Below are positions 10,344 through 20,428 of a stretch of 64,000 nucleotides of DNA, piece after piece (the first letter of the stretch is position 1; each line of letters opens with the position of its first letter). The notes under the pieces are model-generated. The model was not told the DNA's origin. It was given only the letters and a program-made list of their open reading frames with translations, and ran no database searches. The position numbers were made by a program, and so were the translations under genes. The stretch lies in the sequence record LR588166.1, one strand, 5' to 3'.

Positions 10344-10570
10344 ATGAATTATATATTACTAATTAGTAACCAGTCTAAATATATTTCGTTGAAGGCACTT
10401 GGATTAACTGTAAACACACGTGATACAAGGTTATCTCATTATATTATATTTTAAATATGAACGAAGAATATGATATATTATATTTGTCTAACAATACTAT
10501 GCAAATAACATTTCGTTTTTCAGTATATTGTTTTTATGATAAAACTCGTAGTATTATATATTGTCAATAA
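10344..10570 (+). pseudogene. two-unit paralog split by a 1-nt frameshift, or two one-unit ORFs
   Basis: MNYILLISNQ (36 aa, stop at 10454) then MNEEYDILYLSNNT (ATG 10457); one extra T in the TTTT run would fuse them. Confidence 0.45.
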
Positions 10571-10583
10571 GACAGAAATATAA

Positions 10584-10898
10584 ATGGATTTAATATTAAC
10601 ACTTCAGCATAAAACTGTGCTAATATCACAGTTTAGTGCATTATTTGTATTTCAAAATATAAACAGTGATACTATATTTTGTTTGGATATAAGTAGACAT
10701 GTATATTATTTCGAAATAATATTCAGGTTATATAATAATAAGAATGGCATGGTGTATTTGCAACATGCCATTAATTCTATTAAGTTTACCTTTAGTTTAC
10801 AATATCATACAATTCGTGGATATTCTAGTATACCATCTATATATATGTATGATAAAAAATATGATATTGTACACGTACCATATGTTAGGAATACTTAA
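10584..10898 (+). CDS. AT-rich paralog family protein
   Basis: MDLILTLQHKT; GMVYLQH. Confidence 0.8.
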   Translation: MDLILTLQHKTVLISQFSALFVFQNINSDTIFCLDISRHVYYFEIIFRLYNNKNGMVYLQHAINSIKFTFSLQYHTIRGYSSIPSIYMYDKKYDIVHVPYVRNT

Positions 10899-11197
10899 TG
10901 GATCTTATATTATACATTCAGTACAGTGCTCATAAAATAGAAACTGTTTATAAATCATATCTATTTTATAGTAATAACTATTCACTTTATTACAGACTGT
11001 CTGTATATAAGAGATTATTGGTACCATCGGGTAGTGAATCATATGCAAGGGCTTCGGCTGAATATTCTGCTATTACAGACAAAATAGGAATTATACACTT
11101 ACAATCGAAAACACACGCAATATTATTTGTTATAGACAGTATGTGCATTCACGACAAATCGTATCAAACACTCCATTATATTATACTAAGGTCATAA
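10898..11197 (+). CDS. AT-rich paralog family protein
   Basis: MDLILYIQY; IGIIHLQSKTHAI. Confidence 0.8.
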   Translation: MDLILYIQYSAHKIETVYKSYLFYSNNYSLYYRLSVYKRLLVPSGSESYARASAEYSAITDKIGIIHLQSKTHAILFVIDSMCIHDKSYQTLHYIILRS

Positions 11198-14100
11198 TGT
11201 TTATAAGTTTTATTCCGCCTGTTGCAATGTTGATACGACTACAATCAAATCTACACATTATCTGTTTTGATTCTGTTTATAATAGTATAGTGTTTTGCGA
11301 TAAGGATTACGACGAAATACATTGCTGCTTATGGTAGCGTGTTTGCATTTAACGCAAAAACATGTTATACAGTATTGTTTGTTGAGTATTTTGACATTGT
11401 TGTTTCTAAAAATCTTTTATATAAAGGATTAATATGCATAATATATTTAAATTATCATATTGTACAAATATGTTTAAATTTAAAATATTATGGGATCAAA
11501 AAGTATACCTATGCTCGTTTATGTCATTGCGGTATACTACCCTATATATTTCTGCAGGTCGTATCAGATAAATGGTAACAAATATATTAGAATTAATGTA
11601 TGTATGTCACCATACATATAATATAACAACTAACGGCTACTATAACATTATCTTCTTAAATAAAGATAATAATATTATCTTTGTTTTGTATTAAAACAAA
11701 TGGGAATATTTCTCTTATCACGCAATACTTGCTACATTTGTGTTATACATGTCAGACGTATTGTATACAAGATTAAAATGTATGACAGACATGGCAATTA
11801 TGTGCGTACAATTAATGTTATCTAAGAACATATCAAATTATATAGAATTTTGTTGTATGTAATACTGTTTAATAATGGCATTAGATATTGATAAAATAAC
11901 ATACATTTCATTTAACTCATGCTATATATCAGTTAATTGTTTTAGTGTTATTATATATTATGAGTACGGTAGATTAATTTTATATGATGATACCCCCGGG
12001 CTTATATAAGAACGTATTCTACATACAGTATAATGTGCGTCATATCAGCATATATTATTTTGATGCATGCGAATGTAATATATTACAGGTAGAATGCAAT
12101 AATTTTCTTACTCTAACATATAAATTAAATGAAAAAACCAATAAGTAATATAGTTGAATTATCGCTTAATACGCACCAGTTTAATACCAATTATATAACT
12201 AGTGCTCATTGTTTAGTATTTTATAATGCGTCGTCATATCCTATACATTATGTTCGTTTACACACAAACAAGCGTTAACACTTATGTCGCCGGTATCAAT
12301 TCATAATATAGTTTGTATTCAACACTATCTTAATAGATGGTATACTAGAATATCCCCAACAGGGATTAATGTGTATTCAGATTCATATGTTAGAATTAGA
12401 ATAAATGTTCATAAATAAAAATATTATAAATCACGATATACATTATGATATGTTGCAGGTATCTTCGTGCGCACATAGAATAGATTCATCGCTATGTAGC
12501 ACATATCTATTGGCATGCATTTATAATAGTAATGAAAAAATTATTATAATTAGTGTTGCATATCTAAGATGAATGGCATGAAAGATATAATAGAATTTTC
12601 ATCGAATACATACGAAATATGTGCCAATACAGCAAGACTTAGAGATATAGTATACTACTCGATACTCATAAAGTCAAAAGACGGTCTTGCATTTTATATG
12701 GTAGACTCGTTTGCATATATAACATGACCAGTATCCTTGAATGTTCTTACAATACTTCTAATATTATGTTTCGTTTTTGTAAAAACAGTGACATTTTAGT
12801 TGTGAACTTTCTAAACAAAAATGCTAACATACATTTCATTGTAATAATTAGATACAAATAAACATATCGTTAATTACTAATACATAGGAGAGTAATAAAT
12901 GAATAGAGAAGCAAAGAAAAATGTTTCTGTATTTGTTATTCAGAATCATACTTTTAGAGTTCATGTTGTACGATATGATCCTGCGAGAATTTCAATATAT
13001 CTCTCACTTGTACATAATTGTGTTGCATCTTAAGAACTATATCTGTATAATGTAGGTTACATTTGCATGTATAGGATTATCTTTCATATAATATATGCTT
13101 ATTAACTATACGACATGTATTGAATTACTTTATAGTATTGTATGATTCGTAAAAATATAGTTCTAATATCACATAACACGTCAAAAATAATATTAGAAAG
13201 AAAAACAAGTAAAGTATTACGTGTTTCTATGTTTAAATCAATTGGAAAATACTACTACCATTATTATACGGCGTGTGGAAATATATAATGCAAGATCATC
13301 ATTTCACTACACTGTTGTATATGTCTAATCGTGCAGATAGAATAAAGATTTTTCGACAGCCTTCCTGTCTTATTGTATATATTAAGTCAGGTATGTTATA
13401 TATTAATAAACAATTTTTAAAATGTTAGAATATATAGATACTCTCAAATATAATTACATTTTAACTGTATGCAGCGGTGTAGAGTCTATATCATTTGAAT
13501 CATTTACTAGATCAGTAATATCAGTTTCCATAATATACAATAATATTACTATCTTTCCGTGTCAAACCACACGAACTATACTGTATGGTGTATAATCTTA
13601 TTTTTATTTCTTGTAATGTTTCTTTAATTAGTTTTTCTATTTTTAATAAAACATTTGAAGTTTATATTTATGGAAAAATGTTATTGGTAATTTATTATAC
13701 AGGACTGCGTATATGTTAGATGTATTGCTACGGTTCCAACGCAGAGTGGATACAATTAAGGTGGAGTTAATATGGCGTCACTTGCATTTTTATGAAAAAG
13801 CCGGCGAGGAGTTAGAGTTATTTCATATTATATTTCTGCCGCCCGATCACCGAAATATTAATTAACAAAAACAAGTTGTATTTTTCGGCATAAGAATTTA
13901 TGATTAAAGATACAAACAAAGAATCACCTATTATTAAAGAATTATATTTTATATTAAGATTGTAAGTAAAATAAAATACTTTTAGAATCTAAAACTAAAA
14001 TGATCGATTGGGTATTTAAATTGTCTGCTAGTTGCTACGAAATAGACGGACAACACAGTGAGTCAATAAGAATATATAATTCATATTGTCTTTTAGGAAC

Positions 14101-14472
14101 TATACAATGTTATTGTGCTCAGTTAAAAATAAATTTATATAAATTTTAATATTGTGGGAAGAATTCTTTTAAATAGGCATACTATATGAATGATCTATTA
14201 CAATACCAACTCACATTATGTTCCATATCTTTGCAGAAAGCTCGTTTTAAGTCAGGCAATGTGTATTACATTCTAATTGAACGTAACGACAGCGGTAGGT
14301 ATTCCCGAGATGTAAAAATACTTAAATGATATGCGTATATTTGTAATATCACAAAATTGCATGACTATCAGACTTTTTATCATACATATTTCATTAAAGA
14401 TGTAAATTATGATTCAATTTGTGTATTATATAAAACGAATAGCAGAATTGTAATACATCCGAGTTTTACAGT
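11197..14472 (+). other. run of roughly 20 coupled mini-ORFs (40-56 aa), mostly below the ORF-track cutoff
   Basis: Hand-translated examples: 11197 MFISFIPPVAMLIRLQSN, 12129-12278 MKKPISNIVELSLNT, 12284-12418 MSPVSIHNIVCIQH, MTSILECSYNTSNI, MIRKNIVLISHNTSKI, MLDVLLRFQRRVDTI. Confidence 0.6.
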
Positions 14473-14474
14473 AG

Positions 14475-14672
14475 ATGAATATATTCGATCTGTCTTATAA
14501 TTCTTCATTTATTTTGATGAAATCGAATAGAATATACATTAGTAATGATACCTATTATAATTATTCTGTAGGCGCTACATATGTATTACCTGCAATAACA
14601 AAATATATACATCAAACATTCTATGTAAACGCTGCAATATATAGATTTTTAGATACAGGTATACTAGTATGA
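14475..14672 (+). CDS. one-unit paralog family protein
   Basis: MNIFDLSYNSSFI. Confidence 0.65.
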   Translation: MNIFDLSYNSSFILMKSNRIYISNDTYYNYSVGATYVLPAITKYIHQTFYVNAAIYRFLDTGILV

Positions 14673-14857
14673 AATTCAATATATTTAAATTGCAAAGAGG
14701 ATGTCACTTTATAGATTGTCATTTTTATGACATTCTTAGATTTTCAAAACCTACATATTTTCGAGATGCTGATAGAATAACTATATTTTCATTAATAGGT
14801 ACTAATAGTATCGGAATTTACGCGGATATGTATAAAGGATATGCACAAACCATATGA
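14669..14857 (+). CDS. one-unit paralog family protein
   Basis: MKFNIFKLQRGCHFI; overlaps upstream stop. Confidence 0.65.
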   Translation: MKFNIFKLQRGCHFIDCHFYDILRFSKPTYFRDADRITIFSLIGTNSIGIYADMYKGYAQTI

Positions 14858-15138
14858 TTGAAATATTAATATTTTCGAGTGTTAGTGATTATATTAATAT
14901 AAGCCATGATATGGCACGGCTATATAATCTTAATGGTGTTAGTGAATTAATATTTGCATCAAAACCATACAAGTATATTGTATTAACTAATTTAAAAAAT
15001 CGTATAGGTATATTTTGTATTTCAAATATAATAAGTGAAAGGGTGATGGGAGATATTACTAGTAATGAATGTTGGGCTTATCCTTGGCCTCCAGATACTG
15101 GCATAGATGTATATATTGATTTCCTGTATAAAAATTGA
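14854..15138 (+). CDS. AT-rich paralog family protein
   Basis: MIEILIFSS; GIFCISN. Confidence 0.65.
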   Translation: MIEILIFSSVSDYINISHDMARLYNLNGVSELIFASKPYKYIVLTNLKNRIGIFCISNIISERVMGDITSNECWAYPWPPDTGIDVYIDFLYKN

Positions 15139-15169
15139 TGAGCTTTCTACTAAATACACAATATAACCA

Positions 15170-15197
15170 TAGACAAATAAGTGCATTATGCTAATAT
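15170..15197 (+). promoter_or_regulatory. sigma70-like promoter
   Basis: TAGACA-16-TGcTAATAT (extended -10). Confidence 0.5.
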
Positions 15198-15203
15198 ATA
15201 CAT

Positions 15204-15605
15204 GCTTACTAAACAGTTACTTGTTAAGTAAGTTAAAAAGTCTGTAACAGTGATGTTACAGGATACACAGGCAAATACGGTTGGAAGATGCTGTGTAAAG
15301 AACAAATATCCAGCTCATTCCTAGGCATAATAGCCTACACAATATATTTGAATGGGCATAAAAACTTCCAAAGAACCTTCGAAATTTTCTTATAGGATAG
15401 TGTATTAGAAGGAATGCACTATCAGGAAGCTGTAGGTGATGGTTGCTATCCCAGACAGTCCTTTCTAAAATACTTTAATATGATATAAAGTTCTATGCAA
15501 CCGTATACATGCTGTAAGATATTAAATTACACCATGTATTAAACGTAAAAGCAAAACCTTCAGTTAGTAATCTCGCAGTGAAGGGGGTAGGTGAGTGCTA
15601 CCCAA
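15204..15605 (+). ncRNA. candidate structured ncRNA or long 5' leader (~400 nt)
   Basis: ORF-free; about 9 hand-identified helices incl. CTGTAACA-GTGA-TGTTACAG; long-range TACGGTTG/CAACCGTA. Confidence 0.55.
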
Positions 15606-15646
15606 ACTCAACAAACAACTAATGGTCTAGAAAAGGTATAGTATAC

Positions 15647-16054
15647 ATGCAACATACTCACATTCGTTTCTACAACGAAGAAACTCAACAGATCGATAAC
15701 CGCCGTGGCGCTACTGTTGCCTGGGAAACCGCCGGCAACAAGATCCGTATTTCCGTAGCAGCATGTTCGGAAATGGATAACTTCAACCGCAAGACCGGAC
15801 GTGAACATGCTGCTAGCCGTCTCGAAAGCGGCGACTACATCGAGTTTAACGGCACCGAACTTCTTAATGCACAGATGTCTTCTGTAAGTCATGTGCAGTC
15901 TGAAGGTCTCGTTCGTGCTATGTGCTTCTTGCTAGCACAAGGCAAAGGCGATCTATATTACCCGGCAAGCGAAGGTCAGCTTCGCAGCGAAGCCGAGTGC
16001 AATAGCTACAACGCCCTCGAGTACCTGAAACACCAAATGGGTATTCATCAGTAA
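15647..16054 (+). CDS. conserved phage hypothetical protein (CS..DNFNRKTGR motif)
   Basis: 135 aa, host-like codons; motif common in phage hypotheticals. Confidence 0.8.
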   Translation: MQHTHIRFYNEETQQIDNRRGATVAWETAGNKIRISVAACSEMDNFNRKTGREHAASRLESGDYIEFNGTELLNAQMSSVSHVQSEGLVRAMCFLLAQGKGDLYYPASEGQLRSEAECNSYNALEYLKHQMGIHQ

Positions 16055-16067
16055 GTATTCGGTTATT

Positions 16068-16110
16068 CGGAATTGCGATTTAGGTTTTGGAATTCTAAAT
16101 CGCAATTCCG
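16068..16110. repeat. perfect 16-bp inverted repeat (terminator or processing hairpin)
   Basis: CGGAATTGCGATTTAG / CTAAATCGCAATTCCG with 11-nt loop, right after the 16054 stop. Confidence 0.8.
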
Positions 16111-16330
16111 GTTTCCAAATTCGATTTTAGGCACAAACTCAGATCCGCATTTGCATTTTGCATTTACATTTTGTGTTCTGAGTGTATATGCAAAATGCAA
16201 TCGCGCATGTTGTCGATGCATTGGCTAATCTTTTATTTTTGATAGTTTAGAAAAGATTAAGAACAGAAACTATCTGTAAATTAATAAAAATAACATTTAC
16301 ATTACATACACATATGCATATACTATATAC

Positions 16331-16610
16331 AAGTTATGCGCTGTTGCATACGTAAATACCTCCTATGTTGTTTAGATATGTCGATTCTGGTATAACCAGA
16401 TAGACCTAAGGATGATGCTAGTGATTCCTTAGTATTGTATATTCTAGCTGAGTATAAAGAGTAAGGGGCTTTATACAAATAACAATTCCCTAGGCAAGAT
16501 ATACCGCTCCGTTGTGCTGACGAGCATAATTTGCCCAGATACAGAGCACGTGACTGGTCTGAGGAGCATTTATATCAGAAAGGCAGACTTATGTTTGCCT
16601 TTCTTTTTGA
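16331..16610 (+). ncRNA. candidate structured sRNA (~280 nt) with its own promoter and terminator
   Basis: TTTACA-17-TATACT at 16296-16324; serial hairpins; terminator AGAAAGGCAGA/TTTGCCTTTCT-TTTT at 16577-16608. Confidence 0.5.
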
Positions 16611-16627
16611 GCAGATATTCTCTTATT

Positions 16628-16753
16628 CACTTCCTTATTCATTTCCTTATTCATCTCTATTTCATTTGTCACTTCCTTATTCATTTCCTTATTCATCTCT
16701 ATTTCATTTGTCACTTCCTTATTCATTTCCTTATTCATCTCTATTTCATTTGT
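16628..16753. repeat. 3 x 42-bp pyrimidine-rich tandem repeat
   Basis: Unit CACTTCCTTATTCATTTCCTTATTCATCTCTATTTCATTTGT at 16628, 16670, 16712. Confidence 0.9.
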
Positions 16754-16757
16754 TATT

Positions 16758-16883
16758 GCAAATAAGACTAATTCTTATTTGTGTTTGTAATTTCATTTGT
16801 TATTGCAAATAAGAATTAGTCTTATTTGCATTTGCAACGAAAAAGAATATGCAAATAATAACTATTCTTATTTGCATTTGCAC
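16758..16883. promoter_or_regulatory. cluster of three Fur-box-like palindromes
   Basis: TGCAAATAAGAATTAGTCTTATTTGCA at 16804-16830 plus two variants. Confidence 0.6.
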
Positions 16884-17047
16884 TGCCTAGTATATGGATT
16901 GGTAGCATACTTGGAAATGGATAGTAAATAAGTAGTTGATTTGTTTATAAATTATAATTCTACACCATACTGATTGACCTTGCTATATATAGCTCGCGCG
17001 CGTATGCAAGATGGTAAAAAATAATTTAAAAATATTTTAAAAAATGC

Positions 17048-17171
17048 TTGACTTTCCATTACTACGACCTTAAAGTGCGAACTGTAGACGCAGTGTGTAG
17101 AGCGCTACATAGTAAGCAACGCAGAAAGTAAACAAAAAATGCTTGACGCAATGCAAACTAGGCTCTACACT
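17048..17171 (+). promoter_or_regulatory. tandem sigma70 promoters with A-tract UP elements
   Basis: TTGACT-17-TAAAGT and TTGACG-17-TACACT, each preceded by AAAAAATGC. Confidence 0.75.
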
Positions 17172-17254
17172 GTATACAAGCTTAAGGGGTAAGTGCCCCG
17201 AAAGTGTAGTAAGTAAACAACATAATCCTTCCATCAGCTACAGAGGTATACAAC

Positions 17255-17959
17255 ATGTCCGTACATATCACTCGTCAACGTACCGACAAGCAGCACGTCC
17301 TGGCACTGGCAATCAACGGCGTGGTCATCGGCCAGACGATGGCTACTTACACCACCCCGAGCAAGCGCACCTGGTCGGCGACCGCCGAAGTCGAGCTGGC
17401 AGACGGCACTGTCGTTCAGTTCGAGCAGAAAGAAGTGTTCAGCGCGATCCGCATCACCCGCGAAATCGAGCAGGCGCTCGACGGCAAGGAACTGGCGGCC
17501 AAGTACACCCCGGAACCGAAAGTTCCCGGGCAGAAGGGTCCGAAACCGCTCACCGACGAAAGCCGGCTCAGCAACGCGATCGCGATCGTCAAGGCGGCCA
17601 TCACCCACACCGGCTTCGACGAAGCTACCCTGGTGTTCGACGGGGTCGACAAGGCCAACTTCGAGCAGAACAGCACTTCCGTCGGCAACAAGCTGCGTCG
17701 CCTGGGCTTCGTCTTCGAACTCGGCGCCGGCAAGGCGAACAGCGGCAAGGGCTTCCTGATCAACCGCAAAGCGCAGGCCGAGGCAGAAGCCGACGAACGT
17801 AAGGCCAAGCGCGAAGCCGAGAAGAAGGAACGCGAAGAAAAAGCGGCGGCTGCCAAGCGCGAAGCCGACGAACGTAAGGCCAAGCGCGAAGCCGAGCGCG
17901 CCGAAAAGGTCGCTGAAAAGAACGCAGCGATCACCGGGGCAGCACAGGAAAGCAAGTAA
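17255..17959 (+). CDS. VFSAIRI-family protein 1 with a second domain and Ala/Lys/Glu coiled-coil tail
   Basis: 234 aa, GAGG RBS, GC-rich host-like codons; homologous to 36150 and 42554. Confidence 0.85.
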   Translation: MSVHITRQRTDKQHVLALAINGVVIGQTMATYTTPSKRTWSATAEVELADGTVVQFEQKEVFSAIRITREIEQALDGKELAAKYTPEPKVPGQKGPKPLTDESRLSNAIAIVKAAITHTGFDEATLVFDGVDKANFEQNSTSVGNKLRRLGFVFELGAGKANSGKGFLINRKAQAEAEADERKAKREAEKKEREEKAAAAKREADERKAKREAERAEKVAEKNAAITGAAQESK

Positions 17960-17974
17960 TTGCCCAACTGCGCC

Positions 17975-18002
17975 GAAAGGGGGAGCTATTGCTCCCCCTT
18001 TC
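17975..18002 (+). terminator. intrinsic terminator
   Basis: GAAAGGGGGAGC-TATT-GCTCCCCCTTTC. Confidence 0.8.
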
Positions 18003-18030
18003 TTCATGACCACACAATCTGTATACTACT

Positions 18031-18240
18031 ATGTCTTTAACTATATTTTCTATATCAGCTAATTTGTATACAATAATTTGGTATTCTGCGCAAGTGACAC
18101 AATGCTGTTATATAGACATAATAACACGCGACACTAATATTTTTATAACCTATCCATTTTATAATAACATATTTGTATCTAAAATTAGTTCTAATACAAC
18201 ACTTCAAGGAAAATATGAACACTATATTAGAGATAAGTAG
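18031..18240 (+). CDS. AT-rich paralog-like protein
   Basis: MSLTIFSISANLYTI. Confidence 0.5.
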   Translation: MSLTIFSISANLYTIIWYSAQVTQCCYIDIITRDTNIFITYPFYNNIFVSKISSNTTLQGKYEHYIRDK

Positions 18241-18388
18241 TGGAATAAGAAATAATTATATAACAATCTATCATTTTAAATATGACTACTATCTAGAAGT
18301 AAACACACCTTTGTTTTCTTTAATGATATCTATTCCGATAGTTCCTATATCAGACAATACTTGTATTACTTTAATAAAAAAGTATTAA
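18215..18388 (+). CDS. AT-rich paralog-like protein
   Basis: MNTILEISS start at ATG 18215. Confidence 0.45.
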   Translation: MNTILEISSGIRNNYITIYHFKYDYYLEVNTPLFSLMISIPIVPISDNTCITLIKKY

Positions 18389-18915
18389 TATGAATATACT
18401 CTTTATATCAAACAGTTTATCTAATATACTATATCATAAAGCTTATGATATACATATGATAGATATTAAGATTAATAATTCTACTTCTATTTGGCTTACA
18501 TATTCTTTCAATATTACTAAGGTATCATTTAAATATATTATCTGATTCGTTTTCTTATTGTATGAATTGCAATTGCAAATTACTCTTATTTGTAATTGCA
18601 TATAAACAATCAGTTGCTATTAAAAGTATTTGCTGTTAATATATTATATAACAGTGCAATTGATATTTTAAAATACAGTGTGCAATACATCTTACATGTA
18701 TTAAAATTTGTGTGTTACTTGTTTTGCATTAATGATTAATATACCTCTCTTACAGTACAAAACTAATACTATAAACAATTTGTTCGGGCGATCGTTCTCG
18801 AAAAGTATACAAGTGAGAGATGACAATCTAATTATACTTGTTAGTTTCTATATAGAAGGTTCTAAATATAGAAAATTTGTATATAACAAAGAATACCTCG
18901 AAGGGATTTCAGCAT

Positions 18916-19182
18916 ATGCAAACAACAATCGTTAATGCCCTAAAATCTATTAATGTAAAGTATTCGGATATATTTTACACAAATGGTAATTTGTGTAATA
19001 CCGTTACAATACGAAATATTCGCAAAAATGGTAAATTAGATTCGGCAGAACAAATTAATGTAGAATCAGTTGTGAGCAATTATTTGATTCAAAAAGATTT
19101 AAATTTGCCCTTTTCTATTCAGTGGGCAAATAATGATTGTTGCGAAGAGTATACTACACTTATTCTCTTCTTCAGAAAATAG
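18916..19182 (+). CDS. hypothetical protein
   Basis: ATG at 18916 downstream of AAGGG. Confidence 0.6.
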   Translation: MQTTIVNALKSINVKYSDIFYTNGNLCNTVTIRNIRKNGKLDSAEQINVESVVSNYLIQKDLNLPFSIQWANNDCCEEYTTLILFFRK

Positions 19183-19440
19183 TGTATGATTGTATTAAAA
19201 AGATATATTCGTTTGCATAGCATATACAGATTGTCCTACTATGCGCACAACATACATTTTAGCAAAACAAAGAAGATAATGCTTTACGTAGGAAACGCAG
19301 GTCCCGTACCCGTAACATGACAGTATATAGCGTTAAAATGTGCATTTTTTGCACGATTTTGCGGGGTATGCGTTACAAGCAATACACACATACTGCTTTT
19401 AAAATGCATGCTTGCATGCGCTTTGTAGGGGGTTTAAAAC

Positions 19441-19653
19441 ATGCTTAAATTAGTTACCACTGTGCTATACAACGTCTGTGTAGCTTCGTTAATAATGATT
19501 GTGTTTGTATGTGGTATAAATTTAGTAATGTATATAGATAACAATACTGACAATAATCCAGTTGTTATCTTTATTTCCCTTCTATCGGTTATTTGGGGCG
19601 TTGCGCGGATAAGCTATATGTTTGTTACTATCCAATTTCAGTCCAAGAAATAA
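19441..19653 (+). CDS. small two-TM membrane protein
   Basis: Two hydrophobic stretches; GGGG RBS. Confidence 0.65.
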   Translation: MLKLVTTVLYNVCVASLIMIVFVCGINLVMYIDNNTDNNPVVIFISLLSVIWGVARISYMFVTIQFQSKK

Positions 19654-19668
19654 AAGTATTGGTAACAT

Positions 19669-20010
19669 ATGATAGATAAAAACGGAAATACAGAAGACTT
19701 TGATTTTGATAAGGCATGCACTATAACTGATCTGTCTATTCCTCTTCAGCAAAAAATACAATCATATAAATTAAATAAAATATTGGTTATGGTTGCAATC
19801 CTTAAATATTCGAATATAAAACAAGAAATAGGATGTTTCGCTATTATATGGGATCATATAATAAAAATAACGGTTGAAGTAAAATGCAATCCGTATGCAG
19901 AAACACACATACTCATGCATGCGCATGTATTTTCTAATTCCGATTCATGTACTCATAGTGTATTGCTGAATTACAGAAACAAATATTTACCCACTAATTA
20001 TTATAATTAA
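19669..20010 (+). CDS. hypothetical protein
   Basis: 113 aa ORF. Confidence 0.65.
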   Translation: MIDKNGNTEDFDFDKACTITDLSIPLQQKIQSYKLNKILVMVAILKYSNIKQEIGCFAIIWDHIIKITVEVKCNPYAETHILMHAHVFSNSDSCTHSVLLNYRNKYLPTNYYN

Positions 20011-20011
20011 T

Positions 20012-20416
20012 ATGGAAGATATTCTTAAAATTGCCAAACTAATCGGGTACGTAAACATACATGCAAATAAACATTTTCAGTATGGTTTTAACAAAGATAT
20101 GGAACATGTATGTGTTAGTGCTAAGAGTAGGACAAGTATAAAGGGAATAAAATACCTTTATGTAGTAATGAATATATATTATATATATTGCCAGCAAGAA
20201 AGTGTTGCCGTTATATTAAACGAAGTAAACACTGATGAAATGCCTGTATTAGACAATCTTTATGCTAAGCTCAATGATTTAGTTACACATAAATCTGTTA
20301 TAAAATTTAAATATACAGAAATAACACAAGAACAAATAGATTTGTTGAATAATAGTGAAAGATATATAGTATATTTTGACTCTAATTTAGAATACGGAAT
20401 AGCTTCGTTTTATTAA
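20012..20416 (+). CDS. hypothetical protein
   Basis: 134 aa ORF coupled to upstream. Confidence 0.7.
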   Translation: MEDILKIAKLIGYVNIHANKHFQYGFNKDMEHVCVSAKSRTSIKGIKYLYVVMNIYYIYCQQESVAVILNEVNTDEMPVLDNLYAKLNDLVTHKSVIKFKYTEITQEQIDLLNNSERYIVYFDSNLEYGIASFY

Positions 20417-20428
20417 TTTGAGGAATAT

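Larger units (their letters stand above)
8607..15138 (+). other. tandem array B of paralogous two-unit (90-105 aa) and one-unit (40-65 aa) ORFs
   Basis: MDLILFLQH/MDFILLLQS/MDLILLFQS starts with an internal GI(I/L)HLQ repeat. Confidence 0.8.

Noticed and set aside
11578-14475. Stop-codon reassignment explaining short ORFs
   Set aside because: Long virion genes read normally in the standard code, and the mini-ORFs end in all three stops overlapping new ATGs
16514-16812. ORFs 16514-16765 and 16531-16812
   Set aside because: Open only because they run through a terminator and a stop-free 42-bp repeat; no RBS
17143-18013. Overlapping ORFs 17143-17802 (+), 17234-18013 (-), 17416-17967 (-), and similar at 36246-36643 and 42455-43014
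   Set aside because: Shadow frames of GC-rich codon-biased genes; only the VFSAIRI frames have RBS, promoter and homology
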